A program made the translations under genes and the position numbers. A DNA stretch of 64,000 nt from Ranitomeya imitator (taxonomy: Eukaryota), in assembly GCF_032444005.1 (NCBI RefSeq), contig NC_091288.1:13888001-13952000 (forward strand), read 5' to 3'. Each line of letters starts with the position of its first letter. Position 1 is the stretch's first letter. This document shows positions 34,306 through 46,800 of the stretch, piece after piece. The notes under the pieces were generated by a model. It saw nothing but the letters and a program-made list of their open reading frames with translations. It was not told the DNA's origin and did not search any database.

Positions 34306-36024
34306 TTACCCCTTTCATAACTGTTTGTTTTACAACATTGACAAGAAGCATCATGGCCGCCTCCAGACACCTTAAAGGGATGCTCTTATATGGCACAAAC
34401 TGCATAATAATCCGGTGCAAAGTACTTTTATAAATGTAAAATGCAACTTGCAGTGGAGTCAGATTGAGGGAGCCAGTTTGTGTTGCATTTTTACGTTGCA
34501 AAAAAAAACATTGCATAATGGTGAAAAATTGGAAATGACAAGCCACGCCCCCTATTGCAGCACAGCCCCGCCTACTCATGACCAATTCCCCCCCCCCCCC
34601 TCCGTGCCCTAAGGCTGTACATAAGGTGCACTCTGCCTCTAGTATGAGGGCAAAACAGTGATTGCTTCTTCTTTTTAGTTTTTATAGTTATTCTGCCATT
34701 TTGTTGCTAGATATAAGCGTCCTGCTGCTGCATGATTGCAGAAATCCGTCTGTCCGTGAGTAGATCTGCGATCCCAGTGTAAAGCTCCAGCTCCATTAGT
34801 AGAATACAATGTAATTGCCAGGCTGCAAATGAAACCTGTGAATTTCCAAAGCGCTTAACACAAAGAGATTCCTGCGCTCCTGAAATTCTCATTCACACGG
34901 AACTGCGTCCCACAATCTATATTTATATGGTCGGGGGACATTCTCCGCACCCGGCTTTGTGCACTTATTTTTAGATTGTTCTTATTTTTATGTACAATTT
35001 CTGATAATGGAAAGCGATTACCGTCCTACATTAGAATATCAGCTGTTTGACACCCACCATACTTTATACTGCAGCTGTTCCTAAATCTTTTACATGGGAC
35101 CACCGTATGGTTATAAATATGATTGACAGTTGTCATAGTCCCGCCCCTTGTTAGGGTAAAGCCACGTGTTATGTATTTTACCTGCAGATTTCTGCATTTC
35201 TTTACAGTACCAGGTATAAGGACGAGTCTTTACCTTTTGTCATCCTCATGATGCTAACATTATCTGCATGAGAAGTGACCAGCGGTGCTGTTTTTTTTAT
35301 ATTTGTTGCTTGTCATTTTCTGTTATGGAGACAGCACAGATTTATTGCAGATTTCCCATGGGAAGGAAGAATCTGCAATCAAGTTCTATTGTGAATCTTG
35401 CTGTGGATTCTTTGTGGATTGTGCAGCGAATTTACAAAACGATAAATATCAAAACAAAAAAAGTCAGCACTCTTCTGACCAGCCCCGTGGCTTCCTATGG
35501 TGACACTTTTCCTGATCCCCCTGAGTGTCTGTTTATTGGCCTCTGGGGGAAACAGGTTTTGACATAAGGCGACTGCAGCCATAACAGCACGGAGGTCACA
35601 GGCGGCTGCAATCTCCAGCTTGTAGCTCTACAGATGTTGCACAAATAAACTATCATCTCCTGCCAAATGAGCCTGTTATGGCTGGATGCAAGTTACAGAT
35701 TAGTAACAGCCGAGAGCCACAGATGGAGGAACCGCCATCATCCAATTGTCCCATCCAACTAATTAGATGCATTCAATACTGATGTATGTACACAGTGACT
35801 GCACCAGCAGAATAGTGAGTGCAGCTCTGGAGTATAATACAGGATGTAACTCAGGATCAGTAATGTATGTACACAGTGACGGCACCAGCAGAATAGTGAG
35901 TGCAGCTCTGGAGTATAATACTCAGGATCAGTAATGTATGTACACAGTGACTACACCAGCAGAATAGTGAGTGCAGCTCTGGAGTATAATACAGGATGTA
36001 ACTCAGGATCAGTAATGTAATGTA

Positions 36025-37014
36025 CCGTATTTTTCGGACTACAAGACGCACTTTTTCCCCCCCAAAAAAGGAGGGAAAATGGGGGGTGCGTCTAATAGTC
36101 GCAATGCAGGCTTACCGTGGCGGCAGAGGTCCGGTGGCAGAGGTGCGGCGGCAGAGGTGTGGGGGCAGAGGAGGCGCAGTAAGCGGGGTCCCTTTCTCCG
36201 GTGAGGTGATGCAGCAGCCCGGTATGCAGCAGAGCCGGGTGAATCCTGTTGTTATCGGTGGGCGCAGCCATTTTCCTGAGGCCGCGCGTGCGCAGATGAA
36301 GCGCTTTACTTCCCGGGGCTTCAGGAAAATGGCCGCGGGAGGCCGCGCGTGCGCAGATGGAGATCGCGGCGGCCATTTTCCTGAAGCCCCGGGAAGCAGA
36401 GCGCTCCATCTGCGCATGCGCGGCCTCAGGAAGATGGCCGCGCCCACCGATAACAACAGGATTCACCCGGCTCTGCTGCATACCGGGCTTCTGCATCACC
36501 ATACCGGGGAAAGGGACCCCGCTTACTGCGCCTCCTCTGCCGCTGCACCTCTGCCACCGGACCTCTGCCGCCACGGTAAGCCTGCATTGCCTGCACGTTA
36601 AGCACCTCTCACGCCATACCTCTCCCTGCACCTCCTGATCCCTGCACCTCCTGATCCCTGCACCTCCTGATCCCAGCACCTCCTGATCCCAGCACCTCCT
36701 GATCCCAGCACCTTCTCATCCCAGCACCTTCTCATCCCAGCACCTTCTCATCCCAGCACCTCCTCATCCCAGCACCTCCTCATCCCAGCACCTCCTCATC
36801 CCAGCACCTCCTCATCCCAGCATCACCCCACCTCTGCCGACACCTTGCCTCCTGTGACCCTGCTCTGCCACCGTCAGCCCTCAGGTAAGATACTGTAAAT
36901 TCGGACAATAAGACGGACCCCTATCTTATAAAAAATCTTTTTTTTCTGCAATTTTCACCCCAAATTTGGGGTGCGTCTTATGGTCCGGTGCGTCTTATAG
37001 TCCGAAAAATACGG
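36025..37014. mobile_element. Tc2/pogo-like non-autonomous element (990 bp) with internal palindrome and 16-bp microrepeat
   Basis: TA|CCGTATTTTTCGGACTACAAGACGCAC ... GTGCGTCTTATAGTCCGAAAAATACGG|TA; excision restores the satellite unit; (CACCTCCTGATCCCWG)n at about 36627-36820. Confidence 0.88.
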
Positions 37015-37052
37015 TATGTACACAGTGACTGCACCAGCAGAATAGTAAGTGC

Positions 37053-37517
37053 TAGGGTTGAGCGAAACGGATCGTTCATTTTCAAAAGTCGCCGACTTTT
37101 GGCAAAGTCGGGTTTCATGAAACCCGACCCGATCCCTGTGTGGGGTCGGCCATGCGGTACGCGACTTTCGCGCCAAAGTCGCGTTTCGTATGACGCGCTT
37201 GGCGCCATTTTTTTCAGCCAATGAAGGGGCGTGGGCAGAGTGATGACATAGGCGTCCACGCCCCTAAGACCTATCGCCATGTTGTCGCTTGTGCGCTGTA
37301 GCGATTTGCAATGTGTAACACCAGCTTTTCAGGACAGAGAGAGAGAGAGAGAGAAAAAAAAATAAAAAATCCCATTGGCTTTGCATTGGGTTTCGTGTTT
37401 CGGTCGATCCTCGACTTTTCGCCATAACCGGCCGATTTCACTCGACTCGACTTTTGAGATAGTCGGGTTTCGCGAAACTCGGCTCGACCCTAAAAAAGTC
37501 AAGGTCGCTCAACCCTA
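37053..37517. mobile_element. hAT-type MITE (465 bp)
   Basis: TIRs TAGGGTTGAGCGA...TCGCTCAACCCTA; exact 8-bp TSD GTAAGTGC at 37045-37052 and 37518-37525. Confidence 0.92.
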
Positions 37518-37689
37518 GTAAGTGCAGCTCTGGAGTATAATACAGGATGTAACTCAGGATCAGTAATGTAATGTATGTACACAGTGACTGCACCAGCAGA
37601 ATAGTGAGTGCAGCTCTGGAGTATAATACAGGATGTAACTCAGGATCAGTACAGGATAAAGAAATGGATATATTTGATAAGTTACAGTT

Positions 37690-39243
37690 GTCCTGGTTTC
37701 TTTTGCATGTTTCTGATGTTTCCAATCACCAGACAAGTTTAAATATTAGAGAAAGATAACGCAAATAACCACAAAATGCAGTTTTTAGATGAAGGTCTTT
37801 GTTATTAAGGGAAAAAGAAATCCAGACCTACAGGGCCCTGTGAGAAAAAGTGATAGCCCCCCTCAAAACCTAAATTATCTGCAGTTTATCACATCTTTGG
37901 GAACTTGGGTTCACATTCCATAGCCACATCCAGGCCTGATTACTGTCACACCTGTTCTCAATCAAGAATTCATTTAAATATGACCTGCCTAACAAAATGC
38001 AGTAGAACAAAAGAACCTCAAAAGCTAGACATGCTGCAACCCAAAGAAATTCTGAAACAAAGTAACTGAGCTCTATCAGTCTGGCAAATATTGTAAAGCC
38101 ATTTCTAAAGCTTTGGGACTCCAGTGGAACACAGGGAGAGCCATTATCCACAAATGGAGAAAACATGTAACAGTGGTGAATCTTCCCAGAAGTGACCGGC
38201 CGACCAAAATTACCCCAAGAGCGCAGTGACAACTCATCCAAGAGGTCACAAAAGACCCCACAACAACATCCATATAACTGCAGGCCTCATTTACCTCAGT
38301 TAAGGGCAGTGTTCATGACTCCACCATAAGAAAGAGACTGGTCAATAATGGCCTGCATGGCAGAGCTCCAAGATGAAAACCACTGCTAAGCAATAAGAAC
38401 ATAAAGGCTCATCTCAGTTTTGCCAGAAAACATCTTGATGATCCCCAAGACTTTTGGGAAAATACTCTGTGGACTGATGAGACAAAAGTTGAACGTTTTG
38501 GAAGGTCTATGTCCCATTACATCTGGCTTAGAAGGAACACAGCATTTCAGAAAAGGAACATCATACCAACAGTAACATATGGTGGTGGTAGTGTGATGGT
38601 ATGGGGCTGTTTTTATGCTTCAGGACCTGGAAGACTTGCTGTGGTAAATGGAACCAGAAATGTTACTGTCTACCAAAAAATCCTGAAGCAGAATGTGCGG
38701 CCATCTGTTCTTGACCTCAAGCTGAAGCGGACTTGTGTTATGCAACAGGACAATGATCCAAAACACACCAGCAAGTCCATCTCTGAATGGCTTCAGAAAA
38801 ACAAAATTTAGACTTTGGAGTGGCCTAGTCAAAGTCCTGACCTTAATCCGATTCAGGTGCTGTGGTATGACCTTAAAGAGGCGGTTCATGCTCAGAAACT
38901 CCCCCATGTGGCTCAATAACAGCAATTCTGCAAGGATGACGGCCGGAATTCCTCTGGAATGTAAAAGACTCATTGCCAGTTGTCACACACGCTTGATTAC
39001 AGTTGTTGCTGCTAATGGCGGCCCAACCAGTTATTGGATTTAGGGGGCAATCACTTTTTGGTACAGGCTCCTGTAGGTTTGGATTTCTTTTTCCCTAATA
39101 AAGACTTTCACTTATAAACTGCATGTCGTGATTACTTGTGTTATCTTTGTCTAATATTTACGTTTGGAGATCTGCAACATTTAAGTGTGACAAACATGCA
39201 AAAGAACAGGAATCAGGAAGGGGCAAACACTTTCACACAGCTG
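37690..39243 (+). mobile_element. Degenerate Tc1-family transposon
   Basis: Transposase remnants (WTDETKVE; YGGGSVMVWGCF; [13 protein letters not shown]; WPSQSPDLNPI); right end ...CACTTTCACACAGCTG|TA; left TIR eroded. Confidence 0.88.
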
Positions 39244-40384
39244 TATATGACCCCTCTGTCCATAAGAAGTCTGGGTGGGTTGATACATTCTGATGTCGCT
39301 CTCGGGTGACTTTTCTGCTGACAGGTTCCACATTGATAAGTCGCAGTACAGGCTGCGTCTGTGCATTGATCCTGCGTTATCCCGCTGTATCCTGTAACAT
39401 TCCCATAGTCTCTCATGGTCAATATGGAGGCCTGGTTCTCTTCTCTGCGCCTCCATCTTGCAGGTCCGTGTCTGAAGGAAAGCGCAGCAGACTGGCAACA
39501 ATGGACATCACATAGCTGACACAGCAGAAGTGGCCGCCAGCTGTTCGCTGCCAGTGATTTCCCCAGATTAGCAGTGATAACGACTATATCCAAATCTGCA
39601 TATAGGGCCCCCTACAAATGCCCGGGCAGCGCCTTCCTGAGGGTCTCCTGTGGACGATGCCGCTGCTGCATTTAGCTGTGATATTTCTAGCATCCATTGA
39701 TTATGACTCGTCCTTTCGGCCGCCATCAGGAAAATTAGTTTACGTGTAATTTGGTAAATGAAATATAAAGCGTTTCCTCAGCAGATCACAATTGTGACCT
39801 TCAATTCAACTGTTTCCTCCATCAATCATTGTTACGGAAGGAAATCCCCGGCCCTGACCTCAGAGCATGTGACTTATATCCAGGAAGACACCCCCCCCCC
39901 CCCCAAGCTTGTAGAATCGCCCCTTTAAATGCATATTTGCATAACCCCGTCCCTTTACGGTGTGGTCCATGTGAATGTCCTGTTCACCAGTCTTGAGACC
40001 GATTTCTGGACCCAGTGGCTTTTTGTTTAATACAGGAAATTATTCTTTAGTTTCTTGGCCAGTCTTCTTATTGGTTTGTGTCTGGTCTTGGAGAAATGCT
40101 GCAATACCACTCCCAGCCACACACAGGAGTGGTGCTGTTTTTAGACTAATAGACCATTACTTATATATTAAAAATCCCTTTTAACAAGGGGTTGCCCTAT
40201 AAACAACATTTATCACCTACCTTAAATGTATGACTCCTGGGGGTCTGACTGCTGGGAGCCACACAGAGCAGGGGTCCCCAAATCCCCCGTATGAATGGAG
40301 CAGTAGTGCAGATGCTTGACCACAGGTCTATCTTTTCTATGTAATACCAATTAAGACAAACAATACACAGGGTGAACCGGATTA

Positions 40385-40796
40385 CACCCTATGCCCGTCA
40401 GGGGATATACATATTTATATCGGCCCCGCACAATCCTTTTACAAATAGCCTACAATAAACTTGCACAGAGACCTCATCATACAAAAAATGGATATATTTT
40501 ATTAAACCACATAACAAAAAAATGTTTAAAACACAGTTGTGATGGCAAATGATACTACATAAAAACACCCCAGACCAGAGGCAAGCATATTACCTCCCAT
40601 ATAACCAACCGCCAGGAAAATATAAATGGCTCATGAAAGGGAAATCTCATATGCCTAAACGGCACAATCACCGTATGACTCCAAACTATAATCCACTCTG
40701 GCAGCACAGAAATCAAGTTACCCAAATTGTAGTGGTACTATACCTCCGGTCTGATGGTGCCACCCCTACGCGCGTTTCGGCTCGTATGCCTTCTTC
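40385..40796 (-). mobile_element. Probable Penelope-like pLTR / retrozyme remnant with a 5'-truncated hammerhead
   Basis: Minus strand 40796-40763 reads GAAGAA-GGC-ATACGA-GCC-GAAA-CGCGCG-TA-GGGG; AATAAA on the minus strand at about 40503-40498. Confidence 0.5.
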
Positions 40797-41090
40797 CACT
40801 ATTGGTAGATGACGATTGTTACGTATGGGCAGCACAAGACATAATAAATGGAAACTGCACCATAAAGAATAATAATACAGTGATAAGGAAAAGGACGGAG
40901 AAAAAAGAAAACACCGGCTGGGAGAAAGGAGAAAAGGCCAAGATGAAGTCCTAACCAGACCCTCCGTCCTCTACTCACAGGGGCCACAGACTTTCTCATC
41001 ATTTTCCAGGTCAGGGACAAACAAGTTAACGTGAAGAAAGTAAATGTAACAATTCTATAAATAGGTCCCAAGATTGACAGATATTCCATA

Positions 41091-43289
41091 CTAGATGGTG
41101 GCCCTATTCTAACGCATCGGGTATTCTAGAATATGTATGTCCACGTAGTATATTGCCCAGCCACGTAGTATATTGCACAGAGCCACATAGTATATTGCCC
41201 AGCCACGTAGTATATTGCACAGAGCCACGTAGTATACAGCACAGATACGTAGTATACTGCCCAGTCACATAGTATGTTGTCCAGTCACGTAGTATATTGC
41301 CCAGCCCACGTAGTATATTGCCCAGCCACGTAGTATATTGCCCAGCCACGTAGTATATTGCCCAGCCACGTAGTATATTGCACAGTGACGTAGTATATTG
41401 CCCAATCACATAGTATATTGCCCAGTGACGTAGTATACTGCCCAGCCACGTAGTATATTATCCAGTCACGTAGTATAGTGCCCAGCCACGTAGTATATTG
41501 CCCAGTCACGTAGTATATTGCCCAGCCACGTAGTATATTGCTCAGTCACGTAGTATAGTGCCCAGCCACGTAATATATTGCCCAGTCACGTAGTATATTG
41601 CCCAGCCACGTAGTATATTGCTCAGTCACGTAGTATATTGCCCAGCCACGTAGTATATTGCTCAGTCACGTAGTATATTGCCCGTCCACGTAGTATATTG
41701 CTCAGTCACGTAGTATATTGCCCAGTCACATAGTATATTGCCCAGCCACATAGTATATTGCTCAGTCACGTAGTATATTGCCCAGTCACGTAGTATATTG
41801 CCCAGCCACGTAGTATATTGCCCAACCACGTAGTATATTGCCCAGTCACGTAGTATATTGCCCAACCACGTAGTATATTGCCCAGTCACGTAGTATATTG
41901 CCCAACCACGTAGTATATTGCCCAGTCACGTAGTATATTGCCCAACCACGTAGTATATTGCTCAGTCACGTAGTATATTGCCCAGTCACGTAGTATATTG
42001 CCCAGCTACGTAGTATATTGCCCAGCCACGTAGTATATTGCCCAGCCACGCAGTATATTGCACAGCCCTCGTAGTATATTGCCCAGCCCACGTAGTATAT
42101 TGCCCAGTTACGTAGTATATTGCTCAGTCACGTAGTATATTGCCCAGCCACGTAGTATATTGCCCAGCCACGCAGTATATTGCACAGCCCTCGTAGTATA
42201 TTGCCCAGCCCATGTAGTATACTGCCCAGTCACGTAGTATATTGCCCAACCACGTAGTATATTGCCCAGTCACGTAGTATATTGCCCAACCACGTAGTAT
42301 ATTGCTCAGTCACGTAGTATATTGCCCAGTCACGTAGTATAATGCCCAGCTACGTAGTATATTGCCCAGCCACGTAGTATATTGCCCAGCCACGCAGTAT
42401 ATTGCACAGCCCTCGTAGTATATTGCCCAGCCCACGTAGTATATTGCCCAGCTACGTAGTATATTGCCCAGCCACGTAGTATATTGCCCAGCCACGCAGT
42501 ATATTGCACAGCCCTCGTAGTATATTGCCCAGCCCATGTAGTATATTGCCCAGTTACGTAGTATATTGCTCAGTCACGTAGTATATTGCCCAGTCACGTA
42601 GTATATTGCCCAGTCCGCGTAGTGTATAATACAGCCCACATACGGTAATATATTGCACAGCCCACGTATTATATAGCAATGTGGGTACCATATCCCTGTT
42701 AAAAAAAAAGAAAATAAATAATCGTTATATACTCACCCTCCGCTGGCCCCTGGATCCAGGAAGCGTTTACCGACGCTCCTCGCGCGCTCCGGTCTGAAGA
42801 GTGCATTGCGATCTCGCGAGATGATGACGTGCGGTCTCGCGATGCATGGAGCGGTCACCGGGGCGTCGCGAGGAGCGGGAAAGGCCTGTTCCTGATCCGA
42901 CGGACGGTGAGTATATAACTATTTTTTATTTTTAACATTAGATCTTTTTACTATTCATGCTGCATAAGCAGCATGAATAGTAAAAAGTTGGTCGCACAGG
43001 GTTAATAGCAGCATTAACCGAGTGCGTTACACCGCGGTCAACGCTGCCATTAACCCTGTGTGAGCGCTGACTGGAGGGGAGTACGTAGCGGGCACTGACT
43101 GCGGGGAGGAAGGAGCGACCATTTTTCCGCCGGACTGTGCCCGTCGCTGATCAATCGTGGCTGTTTTGTCACGACCAATCAGCGACTTGGATTTCCATGA
43201 CAGACAGAGGCCGCGACCAATGAATATCCGTGACAGACAGAAAGACAGACAGACAGACGGAAGTGACCCTTGGACAATTATATAGTAGA
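41091..43289 (-). mobile_element. Non-autonomous Helitron (2.2 kb) related to 14066-14525, carrying an internal minisatellite
   Basis: Minus strand A|TCTACTATATAATTGTCC ... GATGCGTTAGAATAGGGCCACCATCTAG|T; shares both terminal regions and the (GACA)n tract with the 14066 copy. Confidence 0.87.
41145..42680. repeat. 20-bp minisatellite (GTAGTATATTGCCCAGCCAC)n, about 75 copies, inside the Helitron
   Basis: Visible tandem unit. Confidence 0.97.
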
Positions 43290-43877
43290 TGCAAAGGATA
43301 GGGGAAAGCTGGCAATCAGTGGGGGTCCCGACTGCTGAGCCCCACTGCGATCCGGAGAGCAGGACTTTGCTGAGCTCTGTCTTGCGTGGAGTGGGGGTCC
43401 GTAATGTGCTGCTCTGCTCCATTCACTGTCTATAGGACTGAAGGGGAAAGTACAGTGCCCAGCTATTTCACAGAGCTGCAAAGAAGACGGAGATGGGTCC
43501 TCAGCTGCACAGAGTATTTCAGCACAAAAGCAAGTTAATCTTGAGGGTGGCAAAGACTTTTAATGTCAGGATCATGAGGGTCTCAGTGCCCAGACCCTCA
43601 ACGATCCTTATGTGATGGCATATCCTGGCAATTAGCCATCACTTACTAAAATGGAAGCAACACTTTACCATAAATATGTTAATTAATTCCCGGGACCCAG
43701 GTCCAGCGTCAGGACAGCGTTCAGTTACTGCAGGATGGGAGTCCTGTGATCCACCTTCTACCTGGCCGGCGAACAAAATAAAGTCACCGATGTCATCAGA
43801 AGGAGGTCCACAGAGCTACCATTCTCAGCCACATAATACGGACCTGACGCTACACCTGGGTCCTACAGTATTATTAG

Positions 43878-46800
43878 CCATGGTGGAGAGAATGTGCAGC
43901 ACCTGTCCATGGTCGGAGAGAATGTGCAGCACCTGTCCATGGTGGAGAGAATGTGCAGCACCTGTCCATGGTGGGAGAGAATGTGCAGCACCTGTCGATG
44001 GCGGGAGAGAATGTGCAGCATCTGTCCATGGCGGAGAGAATGTGCAGCACCTGTCCATGGTCGGAGAGAATGTGCAGCATCTGTCCATGGCGGAGAGAAT
44101 GTGCAGCACCTGTCCATGGTGGGAGAGAATGTGCAGCACCTGTCGATGGCGGGAGAGAATGTGCAGCACCTGTCCATGGTGGGAGAGAATGTGCAGCACC
44201 TGTCCATGGTCGGAGAGAATGTGCAGCATCTGTCCATGGCGGAGAGAATGTGCAGCACCTGTCCATGGTGGGAGAGAATGTGCAGCACCTGTCCATGGCG
44301 GAGAGAATGTGCAGCACCTGTCCATGGCGGAGAGAATGTGCAGCACCTGTCCATGGCGGGAGAGAATGTGCAGCACCTGTCCATGGTGGGAGAGAATGTG
44401 CAGCACCTGTCCATGGCGGGAGAGAATGTGCAGCACCTGTCCATGGCGGGAGAGACTCTGCAGCACCTGTCCATGGCGGAGAGAATGTGCAGCACCTGTC
44501 CATGGCGGAGAGAATGTGCAGCACCTGTCCATGGTGGGAGAGAATGTGCAGCACCTGTCCATGGTGGAGAGAATGTGCAGCACCTGTCCATGGTGGAATG
44601 TACAGCATCTGTCCATGGTGGGAGAGAATGTGCAGCACCTGTCCATGGTGGGAGAGAATGTGCAGCACCTGTCCATGGTGGGATAGAATGTGCAGCACCT
44701 GTCCATGGTGGGAGAGAATGAGCAGCATCTGTCCATGTTGGGGAGAATGTGCAGCACCTGTCCATGGTGGGAGAGAATGTGCAGCACCTGTCCATGTTGG
44801 GGAGAATGTGCAGCACCTGTCCATGGCGGGAGAGAATGTGCAGCACCTGTCCATGGCGGGAGAGAATGTGCAGCACCTGTCCATGGCGGGAGAGAATGTG
44901 CAGCACCTGTCCATGGTGGGCAAGAATGTGCAGCACCTGTCCATGGTGGGAGAGAATGTGCAGCGCCTGTCCATGGTGGGCAAGAATGTGCAGCACCTGT
45001 CCATGGTGGGAGAGAATGTTCAGCATCTGTCCATGGTGGGAGAGAATGTGCAGCACCTGTCCATGTTGGGGAGAATGTGCAGCACCTGTCCATGGCGGGA
45101 GAGAATGAGCAGCATCTGTCCATGGTTTTAGAGGAAGTGCAGCACCTGTCCATGGTGGGAGAGAATGTACAGCATCTGTCCATGTTGGGGAGAATGTGCA
45201 GCACCTATCCATGGTGGGAGAGAATGTGCAGCACTTGTCCATGTTGGGGAGAATGTGCAGCACCTGTCCATGGTGGGAGAGAATGTACAGCATCTGTCCA
45301 TGTTGGGGACAATGTGCAGCACCCGTCCATGGTGGGAGAGAATGTGCAGCACTTGTCCATGGTGGGAGAGAATGTGCAGCATCTGTCCATGGTGGGAGAG
45401 AATGTGCAGCACCTGTCCATGGAGGGAGAGAATGTGCAGCACCTGTCCATGGTGGGAGAGAATGTGCAGCACCTGTCCATGGTGGGAGAGAACGTGCAGC
45501 ACCTGTCCATGGTGGGAGAGAATGTGCAGCACCTGTTCCTGGTGGGAGAGAATGTGCAGCACCTGTCCATGGTGGGAGAGAATGTGCAGCACCTGTCCAT
45601 GGTGGGAGAGAATGTGCAGCACCTGTTCCTGGTGGGAGAGAATGTGCAGCACCTGTCCATGGTGGGAGAGAATGTGCAGCACCTGTCCATGGTGGGAGAG
45701 AATGTGCAGCACCTGTCCATGGTGGGAGAGAATGTGCAGCACCTGTCCATGTTGGGGAGAATGTGCAGCACCTGTCCATGGCGGGAGAGAATGTGCAGCA
45801 CCTGTCCATGGTGGGAGAGAATGTACAGCACCTGTCCATGGTGGGAGAGAATGTGCAGCACCTGTCCATGTTGGGGAGAATGTGCAGCACCTGTCCATGG
45901 TGGGAGAGAATGTGCAGCACCTGTCCATGGTGGGGAGAATGTGCAGCACCTGTCCATGGCGGGAGAGAATGTGCAGCACCTGTCCATGGTGGGAGAGAAT
46001 GTGCAGCACCTGTCCATGGCGGGAGAGAATGTGCAGCACCTGTCCATGGCGGGAGAGAATGTGCAGCACCTGTCCATGGCGGGAGAGAATGTGCAGCACC
46101 TGTCCATGGTGGGAGAGAATGTGCAGCACCTGTCCATGGTGGGAGAGAATGTGCAGCACCTGTCCATGGTGGGAGAGAATGTGCAGCACCTGTCCATGGT
46201 GGGAGAGAATGTGCAGCACCTGTCCATGTTGGGGAGAATGTGCAGCACCTGTCCATGGTGGGAGAGAATGTGCAGCACCTGTCCATGGGGGGAGAGAATG
46301 TGCAGCACCTGTCCATGGCGGGAGAGAATGTGCAGCACCTGTCCATGGCAGGAGAGAATGTGCAGCACCTGTCCATGGCGGGGGAGAATGTGCAGCATCT
46401 GTCCATGGCGGGAGAGAATGTGCAGCACCTGTCCATGGTGGGAGAGAATGTGCAGCACCTGTCCATGGTGTTAGAGGAAGTGCAGCACCTGTCCATGGTG
46501 GGAGAGAATGTGCAGCACCTGTCCATGGCGGGAGAGAATGTGCAGCACCTGTCCATGGCGGGGGAGAATGTGCAGCACCTGTCCATGGCGGGGGAGAATG
46601 TGCAGCATCTGTGAATGGCGGGAGAGAATGTGCAGCACCTGTCCATGGTGGGAGAGAATGTGCAGCACCTGTCCATGGTGTTAGAGGAAGTGCAGCACCT
46701 GTCCATGGTGGGAGAGAATGTGCAGCACCTGTCCATGGCGGGAGAGAATGTGCAGCACCTGTCCATGGCGGGGGAGAATGTGCAGCATCTGTCCATGGCG

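Larger units (their letters stand above)
35782..37650 (-). repeat. Short block of the 86-bp satellite in reverse orientation, interrupted by two MITEs
   Basis: ATGTATGTACACAGTGACTGCACCAGCAGAATAGTGAGTGCAGCTCTGGAG... is the reverse complement of the 49928-54338 unit. Confidence 0.93.
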
